Shown: piece by piece, positions 12,155 to 25,208 of the stretch | How the letters are laid out: every line of letters starts with the position of its first letter | How positions within the stretch are numbered: position 1 is the stretch's first letter | Assembly (NCBI GenBank): GCA_024679065.1 | Contig: JAGIQG010000015.1 | Coordinates: forward strand, 48,484,001 to 48,548,000 | Source of the DNA: Sphyrna mokarran | Taxonomy: Eukaryota | Length of the DNA stretch: 64,000 nt | Direction of reading: 5' to 3' | Made by a program: the position numbers and the translations under genes | The notes under the pieces: model-generated | The model's input: only the letters and a program-made list of their open reading frames with translations | Database searches by the model: none | Told to the model about the DNA's origin: nothing

Positions 12155-13320
12155 TAAATAGAAAGGCAAGTTTGGACAGGGATATAAACAGATCACAAAG
12201 AGATATTGATAGGTTAAGTAAGTGGGCAAAATATTGGCAAATACAGTATAATGTGGGAAAATATGAAGTTGTTCATTTTGAAAGGGAGAACAAAAGTATT
12301 ATTTAAATGGAGAAATTTTACAGAAAGCTGCAATACACGGACTTTGGGGTACAAAATACAGATAGTTAGCACAGAGGTGCAGCAAGTAATCAGGAAGGCT
12401 AATGGAATGTTGGCCCTTATTTCAAAGAGGTTGGAGTATGAATAAGGATGTCTTGCTGCAACTGTACAAGGTATTGGTGAGAACACATTTGGAGTACTGT
12501 GAGCAGTTTTGGTCCTCTTATTTAAGGAAATGTATTATTTCTTTGGAGGCAATTCAGAGCAGGTTTACAAGGATGATTCCCAATATGGAGAGATTGTCTT
12601 ATGTGGAAAGGTTAAGCAAGAGATGTGATCTCATTGAAACATATAGGCTTTTTAAAGGTCTTGACAGGATATTACCCATCATAGGAGAGTCTAAGATAAG
12701 AAGGGATAGCATGGTGGTGGCAAATGGTTGACAGTACTACTAACACCAGGGACCTGGGTTTGATTCCCGGCTTGGGCTGTTGCCTGTGTGGAGTTTGCAC
12801 ATTCTAACATGTCTGCATGAGTTTCCTCCAGGTGTTCTGGTTTCCTCGCACAGTCCAAAGATAGGTGGGATGGGTTGATTGGCCACTCTAAAATTGAATG
12901 TAATGTCAGGGATTTGAAGGATAAATATGTGAGGTTATGGGAATAAGGCCTGGGTGAGGTAGTGGTTGGTGCAGATGGGCTGAATGGCCTCCTTTGCACT
13001 GTAGGGATTTTATGATGATCTTATGAAGATATAGTCTCAGAAAAAAAGTGCAAATTTAACACTGAGATGAGGAAGAATTTGTTCTCTTGGGGGGATGTGA
13101 TTCTTTGGAATTCCTTGCCACAGAGAGCTATGGGGGTAGAGTCTTGTGATTGTTTAAGGCTGAGATGGATAGATTTTTAATCAGTAAAGGAATCGAGGTT
13201 TCAGGAAAAGAGCAGAAAAGTATCCATGAGGAATGTCAGTTTAGTTATAACCCTACTGAATGGCGGAGCAGGCTTGAGGAGCCAAATGGCCTATTCCAGT
13301 TTTTATTTCTTAGGTCTTAA
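12155..13320 (+). mobile_element. Old CR1 LINE 3' remnant, interrupted by an HE1-type SINE
   Basis: QQVIRKANGMLALISKRLEY, LLQLYKVLVRTHLEYCEQFWS and a ctgaatggcggagcaggcttgaggagccaaatggcct 3' UTR; multiple frameshifts. Confidence 0.85.
12702..13026 (+). mobile_element. HE1-type tRNA-derived SINE nested in the CR1
   Basis: gggacctgggtttgattcccggcttggg B-box head, gtggagtttgcacattct core and gtagggattttatgat tail. Confidence 0.8.
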
Positions 13321-14604
13321 AAGGGTGAACTGTGTCCCACATGGACAAGAAATAAAAGGGAGATGTACAAAGTGTGCTATCTTGCCTGCCCTGGAAAAGA
13401 TGTGGAACATTCTGTAGTACTGTTCTACAATGCTAATGATGAGAGAGTTAGCAGTCTGTGGCAGTGCCACCTTCTCCATAATGTAAGTGAAAATTCTGGG
13501 AGCATCCACACCCAGGAATCGGTTCATTTTGCCTTTGGTGAACTCCTGAATAACAGGAGTTGGTATTCCTTGCCTTTGACTTGGACCATGCTGTACTACC
13601 ATTGAGTGCAAGTAGTGTACAATTAATAACACTACAGTAGAAACATAATAAAAATATTGCTAAGACATGCAATGTAATTATTTGACAGTGCAGTGCATGG
13701 GTACTGTTCTACTCTTACTGTCTCGTCTTCTGCTAAGCAATTGCCTTTTTGTAGGTTGTACAGAAGCTTTTAAGCAAGTTCAGTTGCTTAAACCAGTTTT
13801 ACATCAATCCTGCACCAATTGATGTGGGAGTGAATAGACCCTGGAAATATGTGTACATCTCCCTCTAGAGACCATCAATGGGTTCAACACTTCTATAACA
13901 ACGGCAATGTGACTATTGGTTATATGCCAGCTATAATAGTTAGAATTATATTTAGGAAGTGAACTTTACTTTGAACTGGTTAGAATTTGAGAATTTTGCT
14001 CAAACTTTTATAACTATAGCAATTCCAAATTGTAACAAGTTGTCGTTATGCATTGGCTTTAACATTAAAAAAGATCCCAACTTCTTTAGCCTTACTACTG
14101 GTATGTATTCACCACAAAAGAGGTATCACATTTGTGTATGAATCAGCTGATTGGTACAAATACCATTTTCCCAACAGAAGAAAGGTAGGATTTGCCCAGT
14201 CACAGTGTGATGGACCGGGAGGCAGTTATTTTCCCAACAGCAGAACTGAATGCAGAGAGACTGCCTGACAAAAAAGGGGCAGGCAGCCAATCTAAATATT
14301 TAAAAACCCAATTAGGATTGATTCTTTAGGCATGCTGGCGGGGGTCTTCCCTGGGGTAACAAAGAACCATCCGGATTGGCTTGCTTGCCTGCTTGGCCCC
14401 TTTGATTTTCATTTTATTAATTTTCTGTGTCCTCAGCAGCTTGGGGGTTGCAGACCAAAGCATGCCTGGCAGGGCTACTGAGGCTCCAAAGCTGCCAGCC
14501 TCCTGATTGGACTGGCAGCTTCAGGAGGTACCCTAATTGGCCAACAAGCCTGGAGGCATCCAATTAGGAGACGAGTTCTGGTAAAATTATTAAAGCTGTC
14601 CTAT

Positions 14605-14895
14605 GCCAGCACGGTAGCACAATGGTTAGCACTGTTACCTCACGGTGCCAAGGACCTGGGTTCAATTCCAGTCTTGAATGACTGTGTTGAGTTTGCACAT
14701 TGCATGGCTTTCCTCTGGCTGCTCCAGTTTCCACACACAGTTCAAAGATATGTAAGTCAGGTGGATTAGTCATGGTAAAGGCATAGGGTTATGGGGATAG
14801 GGTGGGGTGGTGGGCCTCAGCAAGTCAACGCAGATTTGATGGGCCAAATAGTCTCCTTCTGCATTGGGGGAATTCAATGATGACATCTCTATGAA
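14605..14895 (+). mobile_element. HE1-type tRNA-derived SINE
   Basis: cagcacggtagcacaatggttagcactg...ggttcaattcc head and the conserved core. Confidence 0.8.
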
Positions 14896-16114
14896 CTGCA
14901 AGCTCATGACCTCCATTTTGTCCCAAATTAGGACCACGTTTTTAGATGTGATCAGCCCCATGCCGGAAAACAGTGTGGACTGTTTACCATATTGAAATTG
15001 TCATTTCTCTCTGATGAGTGAACCAGGGATAATAGTCTTCTACAACCTGCCAGGAGAGGTTCCCACCAGTGGAGTTTACAACTGGTCCCCATCAACGGAC
15101 ATCAAGCATGATCACCCTGCTGGTGGAAACAGAAGCCACTGAGATCCCTCAGGTGGTCAGGGGCAAGGACTTGCTCCTTGGGCAGTGCCAAGGGGCAGGA
15201 CCTACTGGGGAGGCTGATCCATGATAATGAGGTGCGACCTGCAGAGCGATCAGTGGAGAGGGAGAGAGGAGGCAATGGAGCTGCATCTGGAGACATGGGA
15301 GGGGAGATCGGGGGGCTGCACATAGCGGGAGGGGGAGGAGATCAGGGCTGGCCATGGAGAGGGAGAGATCGGAGTTGGCCATTGGAGCTCATGATGGGGG
15401 GAGGGTGCGGTAGGGCTGGCAATTAGGTTGGTTTGGGGGGGCAGAAGGGGTAGGTGGGTGGGGGTAACATAGGCCAATGATCTGGGAGGTTGACAACCAG
15501 GCAGGAGGGGGTCAGGGAAGGAAGCAACTTTTGGCGGGGAGCAGTGGGTATGTGCAAAGTTCCACAGTGATACCTTACGATATGCATAGTGGCCTGCTGA
15601 GCACTACTACCAGCCTCTCCAGCAGGACGGGTGGTGCCCCCTCCTCACCCCCTCCACCTCTTTACCGGCATGAATCTCTCTGAGGCACAGTGTGCCAGAG
15701 ATTCGCTCCACTAAGTGCGCTCAAAGAATAGATAGGAAAATCTCCCATTTTCCCACCCACTGGGCACTTAGATTTTTTTGAGGAGAATCCGGGCCATGAC
15801 TCCAATGAAGACTGAAAGACAACAAGAACAATTGCTTCATGGACATCTGTCTTCCTATTTCATCAAGATGGGTAATGACTTTTTTAATGGTTTTAATGGC
15901 TGGGACATTACCAAATCTCATCAACAGCCACAGTGGGTGCAAATGATCCTACCAATCAGATAAACAAACCCTTTCTGGGTTGAGTTGGTGATGGCCTATT
16001 TAGGGAGGCAGCTCATGGAGATAATAAAGAAGTGACGGGCAGTCAGGGGTCATTATGGCAGTCAGCAGATGATTGAGTGGTATAGTTACCCAGGAGTTAG
16101 GATTTTTCTGTTTA

Positions 16115-16385
16115 ACATGGTAATGTCACAGGACTGGTAATTCAGGGCCCAGGTTAATGCTGTGGAGATTTGGATTTAAAACCCATCATCAGTAATGGTG
16201 ACCATGAAACTATCATTGATTGTCGTAAAAGCCCATTTGCTTCACTGACATTCTGTAGTGAAGGAAATTTGCCATCCTTACTTGGTTTGGCCTACATGTG
16301 ACTCCAAACCTAATATGATTGACTCTTAACAGCTGTCTGCCCCAGCGTGGCCTTCAGTTCAAGGGCAATTAGGAATGGGCAACAT
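16115..16385 (+). mobile_element. Second tRNA-headed SINE family (copies also at about 55540-55820 and 56264-56570)
   Basis: Shared body gtaatggtgaccatgaaactatcattgattgtcgtaaaagcccat...gaaggaaat...catgtgactcca in all three copies. Confidence 0.6.
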
Positions 16386-16513
16386 CCAATGTAGACATTT
16401 TTCAAAAACTGTCCAAAGTATCTGGCTCTAATTAGATACTTTCTTGCAGGGTCCAGGAAACAGTGGAGTTCCCCATTAGAAGTTCAAACTCTGGGCAATT
16501 CCCACAAAGACAG

Positions 16514-16640
16514 TGGGTGGGATTTTCCAGCCACGCTCACCCCAAGACAGAAAAATCCCATCCAAAGTTAATGGGCCTTTGCATTGGTCCCCTCCCACCT
16601 CACAAATCCCGTGGCAGACATGCATATGAAAATTCTGCTC
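16514..16640. mobile_element. Small MITE with imperfect terminal inverted repeats (Harbinger-like)
   Basis: gggtgggattttc at the left end and gaaaattctgctc at the right end; similar ends occur at about 11280-11462. Confidence 0.4.
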
Positions 16641-17279
16641 AGTACATCAGAATTACTGCAATTACAATTACTTGACACACATCTTGGGTTATATAATGAT
16701 TTGTATACAAATCTAATGATTTGAGAAGCCCACTGTGCAAAATTTCCCTAGTTCACTCACAGATGCTACTGGATGTTAGAATATTTTAAACACTGAAAGG
16801 TTTGGAGTAAGAGGCATATAACAGGTCAGGAATTTTAGATCAAACCTTTGGCATAGTTGGCTATTTACATTGTAATTATTCAAGTTCTTAGTAAGCCCCA
16901 ACCTATCATTTTTTTCCAATTCTGAAACAGGTCTTACAACATTCAAATGCAGTATAACAATTAAGATCGATCATGAATATATTTGCAGGCAAAGGAAAGC
17001 ATGAACTTTTGAGCTCTGATCAAATGTTAAAGGAAAATTAGTCTAACGTTTTGTGACATTAAACAGTTAAACTATTTATGGTGAGCTTTATTAACATAAG
17101 TTTGAAAAGAAAAATAAGCAATTATCTATTAACTGCATAGAAGTAATGTTGGCAACCTGAACTTCAAAATACCAAACAAATTCAGAAAATATATGTTTGC
17201 TACTTGAAAAAATAATGTTTCCTTTCTTTTTACAACTGCTAACTGAATGTCTGTGCATTTCTAGCAGCTATATCATAGT

Positions 17280-17970
17280 ATTTTTCCAGCTTTCCCACCC
17301 TGAGGAACACCCACAAGTTCATTAGCAAGACATGGGCTATCTGTTCAGTTATCTCCACAGATTTCCCCAGTCCCCAAGCTCAGTCACTCTTCAACACCAC
17401 CCACTATACTCTGGCCCTTAACTGAATCTCTCAACTTCCTCCCATCTGCTCACTTGTCCTTTCCAAGCTTAAATAAGAGCTAAACCTCCAACTTGCCTCA
17501 CTCCATTCCCAACAAACTCCTGACCACTACCCAGCTTCCCATCTTATCCCTCCAATCTAGTTTAAATCTAAATTATTTCATTGTTCTCCTGTCTTTCAAA
17601 ACTGCCAATACCTTTTTCAAAATAAAATCAGCAACTGTCCTTGCAAACTACCATGTATGTCCAATCTGTTTTATCTCTGAGATCTTTGAATGAATTGTCA
17701 TCTTCCAGGTCCACGACATCTCTCTCACAGCTTTCTGTCTGAATCCCTCCAATCTATGGCTTTATTTTCCTCATCTCTGTAACCTCCTCCAGCCCTATAA
17801 CTCCTCACCACCCCTCCCCCCCATGACCTTTACTTCTCTAACCCCAGCAACTTATATATTTCTCTTCCCTTCATATCACTGTTGTCAACTAGGCTCCCAA
17901 TCTCCAAGATATCGTCTGTGCCTTATGCTGTTCCTTTCAGACCAAACATTTAGATGTTCTCTTTGCTAAT
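17280..17970 (+). mobile_element. Decayed L2-type LINE fragments
   Basis: C/T-rich L2-like composition and a LANYH..SNLFYL-like remnant of the NYRPISNL RT-entry motif. Confidence 0.45.
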
Positions 17971-19363
17971 GTCCCTCAGTAAATTGTATATTCTATGATG
18001 AAGATGAAACATAACTGTACATGTAATACATAAGAAACATCAATATAGTAAATATGAGATGTGTTTTATGCAGCCTTGCCCCTCTTGTCAGCTTCTCTTC
18101 CAACCTTAATTCTATGAACCTCTCAGCTCACATTCCCTGCTGAGATATCCTTTTTTTTCATTCCTAGTCCAAGGTCTACCTACTGTCAGGGCTTCAGAAG
18201 CACCTGTGCTCCTGTTCATGGCCCTAATTCTTTCATCAGTGCCAAGAATATCACGTTCCTGGTCTTGATTGCAGGACTGCTTGTGCTCACACCTTCAACC
18301 TTAAGAATGCCAGTAATCCCAGCTTCAGAGGTAGGAATGTTTCTGCTTTACTCAGGCCCCATCCTAGTTGAGAAAAACATAGGACATCGACACCACTACA
18401 TCTTAGTTTCAAGTCTGACCTTGAATGCCACTCTGTCATGGCTTTAATTTTTACTTTGACCAACTGCTCCACTCCCCCGGCTCATATTGCATTTGCTCCT
18501 CCCCCTCTGCTATCAGTGCTTCGTTCACAACTTAGCTGTATGTCCTTGGTTTTCTCTCCCAAACTAAACTAATCATGCAATGTCACAATTGTTAAAAATA
18601 TTCCATCCTTTTCTTTAATTTTCTTTAATTTGTCTTAATATTTATTTAGCATGCTATTAGCATGATTAATGTACTATATTTGTTCAAAAATATATGATGT
18701 AATTAAATAATGCAATAAATACCGAACAAGTTAGAAATACATCAAGTCCATCAACATCTTGACAGAGGATATTTTAACTTTTTGGCTAGCATTCTCAATC
18801 AGAAAAAATCAAAGTGAAGCAGCTGTAACAGTTGCAATAACTGTTTCTGAGAGGCAGCAAATGCATTGGCAAAGCTAATTCTGCAGAAAACTGTAAGGAG
18901 CTGGAAAATGCTGGATGATGCATCAGGAGTCATTTAAAATTCATGAGAAAGACAAAATGCAGAATGCAAGAGATATGGTGAAATATGTCTGAGGAAAAGC
19001 AAAGAAGCAAAGGTCCCAAGTTGCAAAAGTTTAAGTTCAAGGCACTGGGTTACAGGAACAAAATAGTATTGTTCCCTAAAGTTTCATTCAGCTGATTGGT
19101 AGGGAGCTAAAGCCAAAAGTGCAGGACTGAGAAAGGGTCGGAAATAGAAAAGGTGTCACCTGCAGAGATCAGAATATTGGGTGTAATTTTCCAATTCTTT
19201 TTTCTAAGTCTCGTTACTCAGCTAGCTTTTCTCATCAGATATAGCAGCACTTGGAATCAAAAAGTAAGAGGAGGAGGGAATTCAGACCATCTTGGGAGGA
19301 GATGGGAGTGTCCATTTTTGGTAGAGATGAGAATGGATAGGGGTGGGAGGCCATAGAGGTAAG

Positions 19364-19845
19364 TGAAAAAGGGAATGGGTTAATGAACTTTGTAACACTT
19401 AAAGATTTGTGCAAAGTATTGCAAGACTTGTTTTTGCACCCCTGTAATCTTGTATGCCAGTTGATGTGTTTGTGCGAGTTTGTAACCTTGTATGCTGGCT
19501 AAACAAACCATAGGTCTTGAGATGCGATAGTGACTAGTCAGACTAGAGGAATAGAATGGAGACAGTCATGGCCTTGGGACAGCTATTACAATGGATTACA
19601 CAAAGGATAAAACCATTGAGGCAGCAATAACCAAATGCGGGATGATAAACCATGACAGACATCCTGGAGAACTGAGGGTGTGATTAGGGGCGGGAACCAG
19701 AATGTATAAAAATCTAATCTTACTTGTGTTTGGGTAGAAGTCTGGTGAACTGCTTTAGGAACCGGGCTTCTTCCAAAAGCTTTTGTAATAAACCTGCTGT
19801 ACTCTGACTCATGACTAGTCTCAGAGGTATTATTTACTGATAACA
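19364..19845 (+). repeat. ERV 5' LTR (482 bp)
   Basis: tgaaaaagggaatgggttaatg...ttatttactgataaca; contains a TATAAAA box and AATAAA; homologous to 25209-25648. Confidence 0.9.
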
Positions 19846-19847
19846 AA

Positions 19848-19868
19848 TGGGTGACAAAACCCGAGATC
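19848..19868 (+). promoter_or_regulatory. Primer-binding site, tRNA-Phe-like
   Basis: tgggtgacaaaacccgagatc, 2 nt after the LTR, versus the complement of the tRNA-Phe 3' end TGGTGCCGAAACCCGGGATC (one insertion, three substitutions). Confidence 0.7.
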
Positions 19869-20299
19869 TATTTACAGGTACAGTTGAATGGCCATGACCG
19901 GAGCTCAGGAATAAATCACCAAACTTAATAGGGTGGGTCAAACTGCGGTAGGTGATGAGAGAGTGTGTGAGTGAAAATTATCTGAACTGAGCATATACAG
20001 ACAAGGAGGCATCCATCTCTAACACCCAGCCTTAGACCTGTTGTTAAGAGGGATAGCCTCCCCAGGCAAAGGTCAGGATTTTGAAGTGGGTGTGAAACTG
20101 AAGAAAGAGATGCCTGGGGTGTGATGTTCGGAAACGAGTGAGAAAGAGACTGAGTGATCACCAAAGTAGATGGAAAAGCCGGCTTAAATGGTATAAACGG
20201 TGATATGGAAGGATCTGATCACCCCTAACAGGTATCACCGGACTATGATAAGAACGACCTAGGAAGGAAAGAATGAGAGGGAGAATAGAAGACTCTAGG

Positions 20300-22470
20300 T
20301 GGTGAGTATAAACATATTTGTATTATGGCAGGATCACAAGGAAGTGGGAACCCCCGGGATCCCTGATAAATGAATATATAACTGAGAGGGGTAAATTTAT
20401 TAAACAGATGAAAAAAGGGGATGGGATCGATAGACCAACAACAGAAATGGTTGGAAAAGGAAGAAAAGAACAGAACTAAGAAAACTGCAGTTCTCTTAGT
20501 TCATCAGTTCATTAATTGAACCAGTCTCACTCTCAGGTATGAAATTGGATGACAACAAAGCAAAAATCAAAATGTTGGAAGCACGCAATAGAGAACCAGA
20601 AAAGAGAAACCAAATTTTAGAGGGCCCTGGCTGGGGATTCTTGCCTCCTTATGGGTCGGCCATACAACTCATGGGGAGACTTCGCTGTAGAGTTAAACAC
20701 TGGGCTCGATGCAATGATTGAACCGTTTAATTGGTTTAAGGCGGAAGTCCAATGTGTCTTGGGCAATGCACCAATATTAAACACAAAAGGGTGAAGGAGC
20801 CTCTGAATTCGGGGAGCAACTCCTTAAAGTATATCAAGAATGTTCAGGAATTCCTGAAACTGCCCAAACAGATATAGCCCTTTTACAAGCATTTAAAGAC
20901 CGGCTGTCGCCAGCTCACCAAAAAATCCTTAAAATGGGAGTTATTTGTTCTCAGGATTATTAAAGCATTAATGAACACACATTGCAAAATGTTCTTACAC
21001 CTAACTTCAAGAAGAAGTAAAATTCTATGATTGTCATTTTCATAAAATGCAAATAGATAGAACACAGCAGATTGTGTTATGTTTATTTGGAGGTATTGAA
21101 ATGCGAAACAAAAATTTTGTATACTGGTGACGCCGAATCTGATCTATTTTAGATTAATGTTTTCAAATTCAAATAGCATTTACTACAGACTGCAAGGAAA
21201 GATGTATTTCTGAAATGGTGATTATTTTCACATATTTTAAAAAGCACTGAACTGTCAAAATTGACCATATAAAACATCAAAAATACCAGAAAGAGATTTT
21301 GTGGTAAGCTTACGCTATAACTGATTGCGTATGCACATAACTCTGATTTACAGTTGTCATAAACAATGATAAGCCTTCCATGATATGCCTGGGATTCCAT
21401 AATACTGCACTGTATAGCACAAGTACTCTCACTTTTTAAATCAAAAAAAGTTAATACATTGTTTATTTTGTTTCAGTTTTGAGACTTTTAATCTTACTAG
21501 CTTCCAAATGCACCTTGTAGTCTAACTGTTAAAATGTTTAAATATACTGTGAGCAGTACTGGGCATTTGGCCAAACTTTAACAGGAACTACATTATTTTG
21601 CTGTCAATATATTGTTGCTGATAAGTTAACCCTTTGAGTATTAATTGACCTCTCTTGCTTTCAGGGAATCTGAAGTAATTATTTCTTTTAATCTCTAATG
21701 ACCATTCAATTAAGATAGATTAGAGAAGCATGTGGAACCATGCAGTGTTTCTCAAAGCATAACTGCTCAGAAATAATCCTCCAAATGTTAACTCATTTTT
21801 GACTCTGGTGGTATAATGTTATTGTTAATGTATTTTATTTTAACACAATTTAAAAAGGAGCCCATCTCTTGTCAACACTACTTCTGATTCAGTGATGACC
21901 GAAGCCATTTTTAGTTAAATTGTTTGGATTTTTTATTATTGAGGGGACTAATGATTCTGTTGCTTGCGCATGAACTTGTAAGTGTCCTGACCGAGTGTAA
22001 AATCACCTGGAGACTACACAATAGATCTCATTCTCTGCTCTGTTGCTGTGGCAATGTTTTCAATGTGAATTTATGCAACCAGCACAGAGGCAAGAGCTCC
22101 TGACATTAATGTGAACATCAGAAGATCACAAGAGGCCATAAAATGAAACTGCGATGTTTCAAAGCTGATGAATTAGTAGAATGGGCATCTGGAATTAAAG
22201 ACAGACCAGATGAGAACCCATACCCATGAATAAAACAGAAAAATGTTAGTGCAAACAGTGGAGGATCTAAACCAAAGAATACTTGCCATAATCGTGGAAA
22301 GCCAGGCTACTTTGCCAAAGACTGTAGGGTTCCAAAGGAGGGAAAGAAGGAAGGCCCCTACCTGCCACTTTTGCAATAAGGAGGGCCACCCAGAGGCTAT
22401 CCAATTGGAGCAAACACGGACAACCTAGTCAGGCTTCCCCTGCCATTATGGAAGGGACAAACTGATGAGG
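20300..22470 (+). pseudogene. ERV gag remnant (capsid plus two zinc knuckles), split by a 1.2 kb insert
   Basis: MHR-like KGEGASEFGEQLLKVYQECSG; LQAFKDRLSPAHQKILKMGVICSQDY joined to DELVEWASG across the insert; knuckles TCHNRGKPGYFAKDC and TCHFCNKEGH. The 5' boundary is approximate. Confidence 0.75.
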
Positions 22471-22499
22471 GGCACCCCTGTGAGCTTGGGTAAGAAGGA

Positions 22500-22750
22500 G
22501 AGTAGAATCTACATGTCTGTGCTAGTAGAGGGCTGACAATGTGAAGCGCTGGTGGACATGGGAGCCTTTAGATTTATCATGGACCTACCCTTACCCATAA
22601 CAAATAAAATGATCTATGTAAAAGGAAATAACGGGTAGAAGACACCTGCCTATTTAAGCGAAACCACCTTAGTAGAAATTAATAACAAATATACCTATGC
22701 AATTCTATGTATGTAAAAATAATGAAGAAACTATTATGGGAAATGACCTG
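22500..22750 (+). pseudogene. ERV aspartic protease remnant
   Basis: VLVEG*QCEALVDMGA is a decayed LVDTGA active-site motif; ACG to ATG fits CpG decay. Confidence 0.75.
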
Positions 22751-22779
22751 ATGAAGGAATACAAAATCTGAATAGATTG

Positions 22780-23560
22780 TGGGAAGGGATGCCATGATGA
22801 CCAGTATGGGGTAGAAAGGTGTGGAATGGGGCATTGCCTGGTATTGTCAGCGATGCATAACCTGTGCCCAATATAACCCAGTGAGGCCTGTAAAAATCAA
22901 GATGGGACACCAGCCTCGTCCCAAAGGTTCCTGGGAACATCTAAAATCGACTTTACTGGGCCTCTTCCGCAGTCATGTGGGAGAACCTACTGCTTGGTAA
23001 TAATTGACCAATTCACCAGATGGGTAGAGGCATTCCTGACAAACAGTGGTAAGAATATTAACTGAAGAAGTTATCCCAAGGTAGGGAGTACCTTTGCAAA
23101 TAGACTCCGATCAGGGCACACATTTTACAAGGAAGGTAGTAAAAACCATATGTCAACTGATGGGGATAAAACAAAAATTTCACATCCCCTACCACCCTCA
23201 AAGCTCAGGAATAATAGAATGTATGAGTAGGACACTTAAAACCTCCCTGGCAAAGGCCATGCAGGAATCAGGGAAGAGGTGAACAGAGGTGTTATCCACT
23301 ATATTAATGAAACGCAGAGCCACGATGAATTGAACCACGGGGCAGACACCATATGAGCAAATGACCAGGGGGGCTATTCAACTGTCCGAGTCCATCATTA
23401 CCTGGGGGACCAACATAGGCTCATTGAGGGCCAGGATTAGGCAGTGGGTTTTAGAATTAAGTGCCCAACTAAAGGATATGCGAAAAACAGTCCAGGACAA
23501 ACAAATAGTGGCAGACAAGCAAAATGAACTAGGACAAACCCCTAGCAGGCAGTAAAAGGT
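22780..23560 (+). pseudogene. ERV integrase remnant
   Basis: CQRCITCAQYN, IDFTGPLP, LVIIDQFTRWVEAF, IDSDQGTHF and HIPYHPQSSGIIE (DDE core). Confidence 0.92.
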
Positions 23561-23929
23561 CTGACAACACCAATTTTAAATCCAACCAATTTATTTGATA
23601 GTAAACTTGCTAGCTTTCGGCCTTTGTAGCAAAGTTATGGTTAAAAACATTATCCAGAAAACCTGGGTTCATCCCCAAATGAAATGGCCCCTATAAAGTT
23701 ATCATCAGTGGAAGCACCTGTGCCTGCATAAATATGCAAGGCAGGGCCATCTCGAAACATTGGACTCAGTTGAAAGAATACACTGCCACCATTTGGAAAA
23801 TTAGGTAATGTGCTCAATTCACAGATACATGAGATGGCTGACCTCCAAGTAAGCTGAACAGGTTCACGGGAAGTTGCATGTGGGAATATAGCCTTTGAAC
23901 CATTGTATAACAGTCGCACAGGTTATAGT

Positions 23930-25110
23930 TAAGTGATAGAATGATTCCCTTGCTGCTTCTCATAACCCTTGCCCATCAGCCACCGAGGGAAAGTATAGAT
24001 GGAATTGTAGGGACAGAGCACCATAATCATCTCTGTAACGGTGACTCTGTCTATTGTAACCATCCGACACATGGAATAGGCCCTTGGGAAGTAACCCCTA
24101 GGAACTGCTCCTCGGGATTCCTTAACTATAGCCGTTGACAACTCTGTTGGAGGAGGCAAAGTGATTGGGGTCTGTCATGCAATATAACTTGGTGTAACTG
24201 GAATTTCCGGTGTTCAGCTGAGGGATCGGGATGGACCTGTGCCCAGCAACAACAGAGGGGGAATGAGTACATCAACATGAGATTTGGCTGATCCAAGAGA
24301 TTATGGCACCAATCCCTTAAAATCAGACCCCCTGACATGAACATTTTTGTGTATATGTCTCTCTTGTATGCATTACAGTCAAATTTGAGCAAGTGCTTAT
24401 GTGAGCAGTATGACTGCATATAATGATACCTATTTTGTATGAGGAAACAATGCCTACTTATGGCTTCCATGGGATTGGGCAGGATTGTGTTATTTAGCAT
24501 ATGTGATGCCCTACCTTCACCATTACACTGACTTAAGAGACACTCTGAGATACACCTGCTCAGGGCCAAGCAAGCCATTAGTAAGACAGCACAGTTCTTC
24601 ATGATAGCCTACCACCGCAAGGACGGTAAAGGCAGCAAAGAACTTATATGCATGGCCGCGATCTTAGAGAGAATCGCAAATGAGACTAGAGACAGGTTCG
24701 AGGAGATGAGCACAGCCGTCTCCGAGGCATCAGCAGAGGTCATAGCTATTCAGACTACTGCTTGACAGCATCGATTGGCACTCAATTATGTGCTAGCCTC
24801 TCAAGGGGGGGGGTATGCGCGATAGTTAACTCCGAATGCCGTGCGTATATTCCAGATGCTTCAGAGAATATAACTCATTTGGTAAATCATATTAAACACG
24901 TAACAAAAAGAATACAGGATAGGAAAACCAATATCACAATTATAACCCTCCAGACTGGTTGGGGCAATGGTTTGGGTCATGAGGTTCATACCTGATACAT
25001 GCATTGATTATATTAATTGTAATTGTTATTGCTTGCTGTGTTTGTATGACATTATTGACCAGCTGTTGTAAAACAGCGACAGCCCGGATTATACTGGGCC
25101 CAAGTGTACA
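23930..25110 (+). pseudogene. ERV env remnant with a gamma-type transmembrane subunit
   Basis: Immunosuppressive-domain-like *QHRLALNYVLASQGG, then (frameshift) VCAIVNSEC(R)AYIPD as a decayed CX6CC, then a hydrophobic TM-like stretch near 25000. Confidence 0.8.
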
Positions 25111-25208
25111 GGCAGAAGGGACAGACCTCCTGACAGAGGAGCTGGTAATTTAGTTCTAAATTGGTCATGGGGCCATGCTTTGTTACAGCCTCGACCAAAA
25201 GGGGGGAA

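Noticed and set aside
10745-13960. Possible solo LTRs at about 10750-10990, 11560-12150 and 13320-13960
   Set aside because: LTR-like composition and AATAAA, but no confident TG...CA ends or TSDs, so not called.
14605-14680. tRNA genes at SINE heads (also near 12702, 56264 and 59369)
   Set aside because: The A/B boxes continue into SINE bodies; no complete cloverleaf is evident.
20961-22166. The gag insert as a Helitron or TIR DNA transposon
   Set aside because: No TC...CTRR termini in either orientation, no inverted termini and no TSD seen.
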